Positions 28,346 through 36,395 of a stretch of DNA of 38,669 nt are shown piece after piece; positions within the stretch are counted from its first letter, which is position 1, and each line of letters opens with the position of its first letter. A model generated the notes under the pieces. It saw only the letters and a list, made by a program, of their open reading frames with translations, ran no database searches and was not told the origin of the DNA. The position numbers and the translations under genes were made by a program. Source of the stretch: Candidatus Sumerlaeia bacterium (GTDB taxonomy: Bacteria; Sumerlaeota; Sumerlaeia; SLMS01); contig JBBQYG010000017.1 in the NCBI GenBank assembly GCA_038208905.1, positions 1 to 38,669 on the forward strand, read 5' to 3'.

Positions 28346-29185
28346 ATGAACTGGATCGACGCAGTGGTCCTTGGCGTTGTGGAGGGCCTGACGGAGTTCC
28401 TGCCTGTTTCATCCACGGGGCACTTGATTCTGACGAATGCGCTGCTGGGGATCGAGGGGCGGGCATCAAACGTCTATACGATCGTGATCCAACTCGGGGC
28501 TATCCTGGCCGTGGTGACGCTCTATCGCGCTCGGGTCGCGGCCATGCTACGCGGGATCGCGGGGCGCGACGCCGCGGGCCTGGCGCTGTTCCTTCGCCTG
28601 TTCGTTGCCTTCCTGCCCGCGGTGGTGGCGGGGCTTCTTCTTGAGGATCTGATCGACGGCTATCTCTTCCGCCCGGTCCCCGTGTCGATCGCGCTGATCG
28701 CGGGCGGCATCGCCATGATCGTGGTGGAGCGCGCACTTGGAAAGTCAGGAGAGGGAAAGCGCATTGAGGACCTCACCTTCCGTGACGCGGCGCTGGTCGG
28801 CCTCACGCAGTGCCTCGCCCTGTGGCCCGGCACGTCGCGGTCGATGTGTACGATTCTGGGTGGGCGATTCGCGGGGCTCTCCACGGCGGCGGCGGCGGAG
28901 CTTAGTTTCCTGCTGGCGCTGCCGACGCTCGGCGGGGCCACGGTGTACAAGCTCATCAAGGAACGCGACATCCTCTTCGATCCTGTCGCTGGTCCCGGCA
29001 TCGCCTTGATCGTCGTGGGAAATGTGGTGGCATTTGTGGTGGCCTTGGCGGCGGTGCGGTGGATGGTGGGGTTCCTCAATCGCCACGGCATGGCGCCATT
29101 CGGGTACTATCGGATCGCCATAGGCGCGATCTTTCTGGCCTTGGCGTTGGCGGGCTGGCTGTCGTTCGCTCCCAATTCCGATTGA
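28346..29185 (+). CDS. uppP: Undecaprenyl-diphosphate phosphatase
   Basis: GVVEGLTEFLPVSSTGHL, IQLGAILAV, PGTSRS, AELSFLLA.P and FGYYRI. Confidence 0.96.
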   Translation: MNWIDAVVLGVVEGLTEFLPVSSTGHLILTNALLGIEGRASNVYTIVIQLGAILAVVTLYRARVAAMLRGIAGRDAAGLALFLRLFVAFLPAVVAGLLLEDLIDGYLFRPVPVSIALIAGGIAMIVVERALGKSGEGKRIEDLTFRDAALVGLTQCLALWPGTSRSMCTILGGRFAGLSTAAAAELSFLLALPTLGGATVYKLIKERDILFDPVAGPGIALIVVGNVVAFVVALAAVRWMVGFLNRHGMAPFGYYRIAIGAIFLALALAGWLSFAPNSD

Positions 29186-29217
29186 TCGAGTGGGCGGCTT
29201 GCGTCAGGCTCCGACCC

Positions 29218-29592
29218 ATGGCTCTTCGCTCCCGATCACGTCGCGGCAACTCGCTCTTGGCACTTCTTATGGGAGTGCTCATTGTCGGGGTTCTGACGCA
29301 GGGCTATTTCGCGCCGTCGGTCCCAGGCGGGAAGCCATTCATGTTCAGCACCACGGACCGCGCGCGGACAGCGGTGGCGGCGGTGAACTTTCGCACAGCG
29401 CAGACCCAATTTTTCAGCCGTACGGAAGGTCGGCGCCTCGAGATCGGCCGGTTGCGGCAGGAGCTCGACGGCCTCGCCAACATGGGGGCCGGCGGTCGGT
29501 TTTTCGTGGATCAGCGTCAGGAGCTTCGCGTGACGACGAACATCGAGACGCGGAAGTTCAGCGAGGCATTCACGTTGCCTCGGGTTCGGTAG
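29218..29592 (+). CDS. Prepilin/pseudopilin-like protein with atypical class III signal
   Basis: Basic leader MALRSRSRRG followed by hydrophobic NSLLALLMGVLIVGVL. No Glu at +5. Confidence 0.55.
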   Translation: MALRSRSRRGNSLLALLMGVLIVGVLTQGYFAPSVPGGKPFMFSTTDRARTAVAAVNFRTAQTQFFSRTEGRRLEIGRLRQELDGLANMGAGGRFFVDQRQELRVTTNIETRKFSEAFTLPRVR

Positions 29593-29941
29593 GGGCATCC
29601 GGCGCGGGATTGGCATCCTGCCGACGCTTCTCGATGGTAACGAGCTTCGCCGCCACGGCGCGGCCCAGTGGGATTTCCCGAGCGTTGCAGTAGTTCATCA
29701 GCGCGATGAAGACATCGGCGGCCTCGTCCTCGACTAGCTCGCGCGCGACTGTTTCGCCCTTCCAGAGCTTCTTCTCGTTGTTGGCCAGCTCTCCCGCCTC
29801 GCCATTGAGCTCGAGGGCGAAGAACTCCGCGGGGCGCTCCTTGAAGCACGCCCGCTGGTAGGAATCGAAGGCGCTCTGGATCTCCTTGATCTCCCCCTGA
29901 AGGTGGAGAAGCCGATGAAGCTCCTGGGGATTGTGCGGCAT
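29570..29941 (-). CDS. MazG-like all-alpha nucleotide pyrophosphohydrolase
   Basis: LELNGEAGELAN..KK..EDEAADVFIAL matches the ExxE..ExxD pattern. AAGGAG RBS precedes ATG 29941. Confidence 0.85.
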   Translation of the reverse strand: MPHNPQELHRLLHLQGEIKEIQSAFDSYQRACFKERPAEFFALELNGEAGELANNEKKLWKGETVARELVEDEAADVFIALMNYCNAREIPLGRAVAAKLVTIEKRRQDANPAPDAPTEPEAT

Positions 29942-30109
29942 CTGGATTGGCTCCTTGCGCGGCATTGTCGTTGACGCATTCCAGTCCAATTCGGTGTCGA
30001 GATGCGAGCAGAATCCGACGCTCCCGTGACTTTGCGCTCGCGGACGCGGGGGCGCCTTGTGTCAGTTGACGGCTCCGACGCATACACCACCCGCACCGTT
30101 CCAGAGACC

Positions 30110-31165
30110 ATGACTCAAGCCACCGCCTCGCTCGCCTCACTTGGATACAGAATGCCCGCCGAGTGGGAACCCCACGCGGCGACGTGGCTGTCGTGGCCCA
30201 AGCGGGAAACCTCGTGGCCGGGGAAGTTTCAGGTGGTTCCGCCCTATTGGGCGCGCATGGCGAAGGAACTCTCGGAGGGCGAGGCTGTCCGGATCCTTGT
30301 GAACGATCACGAGATGCACGCCGTGGCGCGCAAGATATTGAAGGATCACGGCGCCGATTCGTCGAACATCGAGCTGGTGGAAATCCCGACCGACGACTCG
30401 TGGATTCGCGACTTCGGGCCGATCTTCGTCAAGCGCGACGATGCGGCGAACCCGCTGATCGCGCTCGACTGGGGATTCAATACCTGGGGCGACAAGTATC
30501 CTCCCTATGACCTCGACAATCGCGTGCCGCAGCGCATTGCGGAACGCCTTGGGATTCCCGTGGTCGAGGGCGGGATGATCCTGGAGGGCGGCTCCATCGA
30601 CGTGAACGGAGCGGGCCTCCTCCTGACGACGGAGCAGTGCCTGCTAAATCCCAATCGCAATCCTCACATGACGCGCGCGCAGATCGAGGAGCGGCTGATG
30701 CAGTTCCTCGGCGTGAGTAAGGTCCTATGGCTCGGCGATGGAATCGTGGGCGACGACACCGACGGTCACATCGACGACCTGACGCGGTTTGTCTCCTCCA
30801 ATACCATCGTTACCGTCGTTGAGGAGGACGAGTCCGACGAGAACTACCCGATGCTGAGGGAGAATCTCGAGCGGCTCCACGACCTGAGAAACTTGGAAGG
30901 CGGCAAGTTCGAGATCGTCGAGCTACCCATGCCGCCGCCCGTGATTCACGAGGATGCTCGCCTGCCGGCGAGCTATGCGAATTTCTACATCGGGAACGCC
31001 GTGGTCCTGGTGCCGACCTACAATGGCGGCAAGCGCGACCAGCAGGTGCTGGGGGTTCTGGGCGACCTGTTTCCCGGTCGCCGGATCGTCGGAATTCCCT
31101 CCGCCGACCTAGTGTGGGGTCTTGGCGCTTACCACTGCGTGAGCCAGCAGCAGCCCGCCGTGTGA
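30110..31165 (+). CDS. aguA: Agmatine deiminase / peptidylarginine deiminase family protein
   Basis: MPAEWEPH, DSWIRDFGP, LEGGSIDVNG, DDTDGHID, ASYANFY and GAYHC.SQQQP (catalytic Cys). Confidence 0.92.
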   Translation: MTQATASLASLGYRMPAEWEPHAATWLSWPKRETSWPGKFQVVPPYWARMAKELSEGEAVRILVNDHEMHAVARKILKDHGADSSNIELVEIPTDDSWIRDFGPIFVKRDDAANPLIALDWGFNTWGDKYPPYDLDNRVPQRIAERLGIPVVEGGMILEGGSIDVNGAGLLLTTEQCLLNPNRNPHMTRAQIEERLMQFLGVSKVLWLGDGIVGDDTDGHIDDLTRFVSSNTIVTVVEEDESDENYPMLRENLERLHDLRNLEGGKFEIVELPMPPPVIHEDARLPASYANFYIGNAVVLVPTYNGGKRDQQVLGVLGDLFPGRRIVGIPSADLVWGLGAYHCVSQQQPAV

Positions 31166-32194
31166 TCAAGAACCGGCGTGGTCAAGCCGGTCGATCTCCG
31201 CGGAGCACAACTCGTCGCAGCGCTCGTTGTACTTGTCGCCCGCGTGGCCGCGCACCCAGCTCCATTTGACGTCATGACTCTGGCAGAGGGCGTCGAGGCG
31301 CTTCCACAAGTCCACATTCTTTACGGGCGTCTTCTGGGAGCTGACCCAGCCCTTCTTCTTCCAGCCCTTGATCCACGTGGTGATCCCGTTCTTCACGTAC
31401 TGGGAATCCGTGTGGATGACCACCTCGCAGCGCAGCTTCAGCGCCTCCAGCGCGCCGATCGCGGCGGAGAGCTCCATGCGGTTGTTGGTGGTGTCATGCT
31501 CGCCGCCAACGATTTCGCGGGTCTTGCCATTGGTCTCAAGCACCGCCGCCCAAGCACCGACTCCAGGATTGGGTCGGCAGCCGCCATCTGTATAGACAAC
31601 AACACGGGTTCCCGACACGGACAGGACGGGGGGCTTTGGTGGCTCCGGGAGTTCCAGCGGCAGTTCCGTCGCCACGGTCTTGACGACATGTTGAGCAGCC
31701 AGGGCGGCAAGCTCCTCGCCGGTCAGACGCCATGTGCGCCACTCATCCAGCGGCGCCGCACCGACCTTTCGGTACTGCTGCTTGGCAAGCTCGTTCCACT
31801 CGAGGCACATCCACTCCATGCGGCCATAGCCGTTCTCGACGCAGATCGCAGCAAGCCGACGCATCAGGGCACCGCCGATGCCGCGCTTGCGGTGCTCGGC
31901 CTTGACGAAGAGATCCTCCATGTAGAGCCCCGGGCGGCATAGCCAGGTGGAGAAAGTGAGGTAGTAGATCGCATAACCGACGGCCTCGCCACCCACGCGC
32001 GCGATCAGGCAATAGGCCGTGGGCCTGCGGGAGAAAAACTGCTGCTTCACGTTCCCCGGCGTCGCCTTGCACTGCTCGGGGGCCTTCTCGTATTCGGCCA
32101 AGGCGTAAATCAACGCCGCGATCGTTTCCTCGTCGCCCGGCTGGGCCTCGGTGATCTCGAAGGCCGCCGGGGATTCACGCTTGCGCTTGGCCAT
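31166..32194 (-). CDS. rnhA: Fusion: GNAT N-acetyltransferase (SSAT/diamine acetyltransferase-like) and ribonuclease HI
   Basis: N-terminus: LAEYEK, FSTW..PGLYMEDLFV..HRKRGIG and WNE.A..Y..GA. Pro-rich linker. C-terminus: YTDGGC.PNPG.G, TTNNRMEL, TDSQYV, KNVDLW and WVRGHAG..NERCD. Confidence 0.92.
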   Translation of the reverse strand: MAKRKRESPAAFEITEAQPGDEETIAALIYALAEYEKAPEQCKATPGNVKQQFFSRRPTAYCLIARVGGEAVGYAIYYLTFSTWLCRPGLYMEDLFVKAEHRKRGIGGALMRRLAAICVENGYGRMEWMCLEWNELAKQQYRKVGAAPLDEWRTWRLTGEELAALAAQHVVKTVATELPLELPEPPKPPVLSVSGTRVVVYTDGGCRPNPGVGAWAAVLETNGKTREIVGGEHDTTNNRMELSAAIGALEALKLRCEVVIHTDSQYVKNGITTWIKGWKKKGWVSSQKTPVKNVDLWKRLDALCQSHDVKWSWVRGHAGDKYNERCDELCSAEIDRLDHAGS

Positions 32195-33971
32195 GGATAC
32201 GCCGTCTCTCCAACTGATGATTGCCGATACGTCAGCCAGCCGACGCATTCACTTTCCCGCCGGGCGAAGCCTGGGCAAGGCGATCCTTCGCCCGGTGGCG
32301 GGTGGGGCTCCCGTGGTGACAGAGGCTCGCGGCGCGATTTCGGTTCCGCCAGGCTGGTCGCTGACCGTTCGGCTGGAGCCGATGCCGGGCGAGTCCGTCC
32401 TACCCTTGAAGGAATTCGACGCCTCGGGAATCGAGGGATTTTTCTTCCCGGGCGAGACGTTTGGAGAGGAGCAGGCAGAGCAGCTTGCCTCGCTCGACTC
32501 ACTTCGGCATCTGGAAGTTGAGAGCCACAGCCTCTCCGATGCAGCAATTCAACGCATCGGCGCGCTTGGCCAACTGGAATCGCTGCGCATCGCATCCAGC
32601 AGACCCATTCGCGCGATGGAGATGAGGCCGTTGGGCCAGATGACGAATCTCCGCCGGCTGGTGCTCGAAAACATCGCCTTCGAGGAGAGGTCTTTCCGTT
32701 TCGTCGGCGAGCTGCGGAACCTGCGGACGTTGTGGCTGCGGGGCTGCAATCTGAGCGCCGCGCAGTTCGAGGTGGTCGGCGCGCTTGGCGAGCTACGAGA
32801 CATTCTCCTTCCGGCTGCGGCCACGGATTCGTGGATGCGGACGGTGTCGCGGTTGCATCGCATCGAGAGCATCGAGGCGTCCGCGTCGGCATTGACCTTC
32901 GAGTCGGCCTACGATTTCGGCGCGCTGCGGGAATTGCAAATCCTCTCCCTTCCGCCGGGATTTGACAATGAGGTGCTGAGGCTCCTCCCGCCGATTGCGA
33001 ATCTCTGCTCGCTCTCGCTCGCCTGCACTCGCCTGACAAACGATGGGCTGTACCAGCTGACGCGCCAGCCGGAGTTGAGCGATCTCTACCTCTGGCTTCG
33101 GCTCACGTGGAAGGAGGCGGCGGTGCTGGCGCGCCTGCCGAAGCTGCGGCGGCTGGCGCTGCTCGGTTTCGATCAGGAAGTCAACGAGGCGCTGCCGCTG
33201 CGCGATTCTGGAACCATCGAGGCGCTGAACATTTCCCTGCCGGGGCTTGGCGATTTCGACTATCTCTATTTTCAGCAGTTTCGCGCGCTGAAGAAACTGA
33301 CCCTGCGGCGGTCGGCACTCTCTCCGCGCCGGAGCGCCAACTTCGCCGAGTCGATTCCTGCCGTGCGCGTCCACCATCCCGAGCGCCGCATCGCACTGAC
33401 GGAGGAGAGTCGCCCACGCCTCCAGCTGTCGATTCGCCACTTTCGCGAACCATCGCCCGCGCTGTGGAGCTTGCTGGAACCCCGCGGCGGAGGATTTCGC
33501 ATTCGGCGCGATTGCGAGATGCGGCTGGAAATTGCGCGCGCGGTCGCGGATGATCTGCTCCCCTACCTGCACATGCCCACGCCGCCGGTGGCGGAACTTC
33601 GGCTCCGCGACACGGAGGTGACCCCGGGCATGGCGGATGCCATCGCGGGATTCGACCAGTTGTGGACTCTCGATCTCGCGGGCTGCAAGATTCACGCGAA
33701 TTCCCCCGCCGCCATCGCGTGGATTCCGGCACTTCGCAAGGTGGTGCTCGACTACTCCGACGTGACGGATCGCGGCGTGGGGTTCATCGCCGACTCGCAC
33801 TCCATCGAATATATCGATCTGGCACACACAGGGATCGGCGCCGCGGCGCTCGAAATTCTGGGCACTCGGATGCCGCAGCTCAAGAGCGTGAACCTTCGCG
33901 GCGTCACAGTGGACGACGAGGCACTGGCCACGCTCCGCGCGCGGCGCAAGGATCTGGAAATTATCCTCTGA
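32193..33971 (+). CDS. Leucine-rich repeat protein (RI/AMN1-like LRRs)
   Basis: Repeated LxxLxxLxL units (LRHLEV, LESLRI, LRRLVL, LRTLWL, LWTLDL, IEYIDL) with ..T..TD.G spacers. The start is either 32193 or 32217. Confidence 0.8.
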   Translation: MDTPSLQLMIADTSASRRIHFPAGRSLGKAILRPVAGGAPVVTEARGAISVPPGWSLTVRLEPMPGESVLPLKEFDASGIEGFFFPGETFGEEQAEQLASLDSLRHLEVESHSLSDAAIQRIGALGQLESLRIASSRPIRAMEMRPLGQMTNLRRLVLENIAFEERSFRFVGELRNLRTLWLRGCNLSAAQFEVVGALGELRDILLPAAATDSWMRTVSRLHRIESIEASASALTFESAYDFGALRELQILSLPPGFDNEVLRLLPPIANLCSLSLACTRLTNDGLYQLTRQPELSDLYLWLRLTWKEAAVLARLPKLRRLALLGFDQEVNEALPLRDSGTIEALNISLPGLGDFDYLYFQQFRALKKLTLRRSALSPRRSANFAESIPAVRVHHPERRIALTEESRPRLQLSIRHFREPSPALWSLLEPRGGGFRIRRDCEMRLEIARAVADDLLPYLHMPTPPVAELRLRDTEVTPGMADAIAGFDQLWTLDLAGCKIHANSPAAIAWIPALRKVVLDYSDVTDRGVGFIADSHSIEYIDLAHTGIGAAALEILGTRMPQLKSVNLRGVTVDDEALATLRARRKDLEIIL

Positions 33972-33974
33972 ATC

Positions 33975-34427
33975 TCAGAATGCGGCGACCATGTGATCGT
34001 CAGTGGTGTCGCTGGTCCCATTGCCGCCGATGGAGCAGCGCACTTGTTGCTCGTTGGTGCCGATGAGGTAGCTCCCGCCCGAGGGGCAATGGGGCATCTC
34101 TCCCTTGAGTTCCTTGATCACGGCGTCGCGATTCACCTCTCCAATGTTCTGGGCGGACTTCCCGGCAACGACGCGCTTGGCGGCCTCGATGCGGCGCAGA
34201 TTGTCGCGGCAGGCCGGAGCCCCCGCCTTCACATCGCGCGCGGGCCCGCCGACACCCGCTGCATCGCCGATCGTTCCCGCAACGCCTGCGATCGTGTTTG
34301 CCGTCCCCGCGCGGGCCTTGGTGCTGGCGTCTTCCCAATCGAGGATGCCGAGGTAGAACGCGGCACCCACCGCGGCCGCAACGAGCAGGATGAGCACGAC
34401 GACGACTTTTGCAAGAATGCGCCCCAT
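33975..34427 (-). CDS. Membrane-anchored protein with pilin-like C-terminal domain (Cys3-His pattern)
   Basis: N-terminal TM helix. ACRDNLRRIEAAK..PHCPSGGSY..VRCSIG..DH resembles the globular domains of small pilin-like proteins. Confidence 0.6.
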   Translation of the reverse strand: MGRILAKVVVVLILLVAAAVGAAFYLGILDWEDASTKARAGTANTIAGVAGTIGDAAGVGGPARDVKAGAPACRDNLRRIEAAKRVVAGKSAQNIGEVNRDAVIKELKGEMPHCPSGGSYLIGTNEQQVRCSIGGNGTSDTTDDHMVAAF

Positions 34428-34442
34428 CAGCTTTCCCTCATT

Positions 34443-34859
34443 CTAGAGCAGGCTGCCAGTTTTCTTCTCCAGAATCGTCAATTCCGCCACGGCCTCAATC
34501 ATCATCCGCGCGCCGAAGGGTAGCGATGCCACGGGGATCACCGTCCGCGCGGGCGGGATGAAGAAGAAGAAGTCCTTGCTGACCGTATCGAATGCCTTGT
34601 GGTCCCTGAGATCGACCAGATACAGCCGCGTGGACATTACGTTGGAGAGCTGGCCGGCGCAGGCCTGCACGATCGCGGTGAGGTGCGTGAGGATGGAGCG
34701 CGCCTGCTCCGCCGGGTCGTCGCTTACGAGGCGGTTGGTCGCTGGATCGAGCGGCAACTGGCCACTGATATGCAGCGCATTGCCGTACTTTACGACCTGA
34801 GAAAAATGGCCAAAGGCGCTGGGCGCGCTTTCCACGAAAATCGATACGCGTTCCGGCAT
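34443..34859 (-). CDS. Rid (RidA/YjgF/UK114) family protein
   Basis: AP.AFGHFSQ, ISGQLPLDP, and PPART...V..LP.GA..IEAVA with the conserved Arg. Confidence 0.9.
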   Translation of the reverse strand: MPERVSIFVESAPSAFGHFSQVVKYGNALHISGQLPLDPATNRLVSDDPAEQARSILTHLTAIVQACAGQLSNVMSTRLYLVDLRDHKAFDTVSKDFFFFIPPARTVIPVASLPFGARMMIEAVAELTILEKKTGSLL

Positions 34860-34946
34860 GATTCGGCGAACCTCCGGCTGGGATGGCTTTCGGTGGAAGG
34901 GTGGGGCACTTTGCCCCGAAGCGCAATCCTTTCCCGAATGGGGGGG

Positions 34947-36365
34947 CTACAACTCGAAAGTCTCGCCGCGATTGGGCGTAAACACGTCGATCTTGAGCGA
35001 TTCGCGAAGGTAGGCCGCCAGTTCCGCCGACGGCTCGGGCTCGCCGTGCACCAGAAAGATGCGGCGAAGGTGCCCGCCACTGCGCGCGTGGACGCGGAAG
35101 GCGTACTCCTGCAGCTCAGAACGGTCGGCGTGGGCAGAGAATCCATCGAGCACAGCAACCTCGCAGCGAACGGCGTGCTCCTCGCCGAAGATGCGGACGA
35201 CGGGCTGGCGCTCGCGCAGGCGGCGGCCGAGTGTGTGTTCGGCCTGATAGCCCACGATGAGGACACAATTCCGCGCGTCGCCGACGGAGTTGCGCAGGTG
35301 GTGGAGAATTCGCCCGTTCTCACACATGCCGCTGGCGGAGATGATGACGCACGGATCGGTGGTGTCGTTGAGGGCCTTGGACTCCTCCACATCTCGCGTG
35401 TATGTCAGCGTCTCGAACCCGAACGGATCACTGTCGGACATGAGCCGGTCGCGCGTCTCGCGATTGTAGCACTCGGGGTGCTCCTTGAAAATGCGCGTGA
35501 CGTTGGTGGAGAGCGGCGAATCGACGTAGATGGGGATGCGCGGGATGGCACCCTCGTTGAAGAGCAGGTTGAGCTGATAGACAATGTCCTGGGTCCTGCC
35601 GACGCTGAAAGCGGGGATGATAACTTTTCCGCCTCGGGCGGAGACGCGACGCACGATGGCCAGTAGGTCGTCCTTTAGACCCGCCAGGGGCGAGGAGTCA
35701 CGATTGCCATAGGTACTCTCCATGATGAGCGTGTCCACCTCGCTCGGGATCTCCGGCGGGCGGAGGATGGCGCTGTGCCCGCGACCGATGTCGCCGCTGA
35801 AGGCGATGCGGTGGTTGCGATCCGGGCCAATCTCGACATCGAGTTCCACCTGGGCGCTGCCTAGGATATGGCCCGCCTCCAGAAACTTGCCACTAAAGCC
35901 CGGCGCGAAGGAGAACCAGCGATAGTAGCCGATCCCGACGAAAAGCGGGAGCGATCTCTCCGCGTCGTCGATGGTGTAGAGTGGCTTGCGCGGTTCCTCG
36001 CGCGGATGCTCGCGATTGCGGTCGCGATGCTTCGCGAGGAAGCGCACTTCCTTCTCCTGGATGAAAGCCGAGTCGAGCAGCAGCGCGCGGGCGAGATCGA
36101 GCGTCGCGTGGGTGCAGTGGATGCCGCGGTCGAAGCCCTGCTTCACGAAGTTGGGGATGTTGCCGCAGTGATCGATGTGGGCGTGGCTCAGGATGAGCGC
36201 CTTCACGTCCTCCGGGCGGCAGGGGAACTCGATATTGCGCGTGTAGAAATCCGCGCGGCGCCCCTGAAAGAGCCCGCAATCCAGTGCCACCTTTTGGTCA
36301 CCGTGTTCGACAAGGTGAAACGATCCTGTAGTTGTCTGGGCGGCGCCCCAAAAGGTGATCTTCAT
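34947..36365 (-). CDS. MBL-fold beta-CASP metallo-hydrolase (RNA-processing, Ysh1/TTHA0252-like)
   Basis: GAAQTTTGS, DCGLFQG, SHAHIDH, AGHILGS, FSGDIG, MESTYG, PAFSVGRTQ, SASGM, FSAHAD and LVHGE. Confidence 0.93.
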   Translation of the reverse strand: MKITFWGAAQTTTGSFHLVEHGDQKVALDCGLFQGRRADFYTRNIEFPCRPEDVKALILSHAHIDHCGNIPNFVKQGFDRGIHCTHATLDLARALLLDSAFIQEKEVRFLAKHRDRNREHPREEPRKPLYTIDDAERSLPLFVGIGYYRWFSFAPGFSGKFLEAGHILGSAQVELDVEIGPDRNHRIAFSGDIGRGHSAILRPPEIPSEVDTLIMESTYGNRDSSPLAGLKDDLLAIVRRVSARGGKVIIPAFSVGRTQDIVYQLNLLFNEGAIPRIPIYVDSPLSTNVTRIFKEHPECYNRETRDRLMSDSDPFGFETLTYTRDVEESKALNDTTDPCVIISASGMCENGRILHHLRNSVGDARNCVLIVGYQAEHTLGRRLRERQPVVRIFGEEHAVRCEVAVLDGFSAHADRSELQEYAFRVHARSGGHLRRIFLVHGEPEPSAELAAYLRESLKIDVFTPNRGETFEL

Positions 36366-36395
36366 GCGATTCCCTCTCGTGCTGCTGGGTTGGTA

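Noticed and set aside
31166-31610. RNase H as part of a retroelement or transposase
   Set aside because: No reverse transcriptase or DDE transposase motifs nearby, and the sequence matches cellular RnhA.
29570-33971. Possible anti-phage defence island (MazG-like, GNAT, RNase H, LRR)
   Set aside because: The genes are on different strands and not operonic. There is no mobility gene or visible compositional shift, and the RNase H is a canonical RNase HI.
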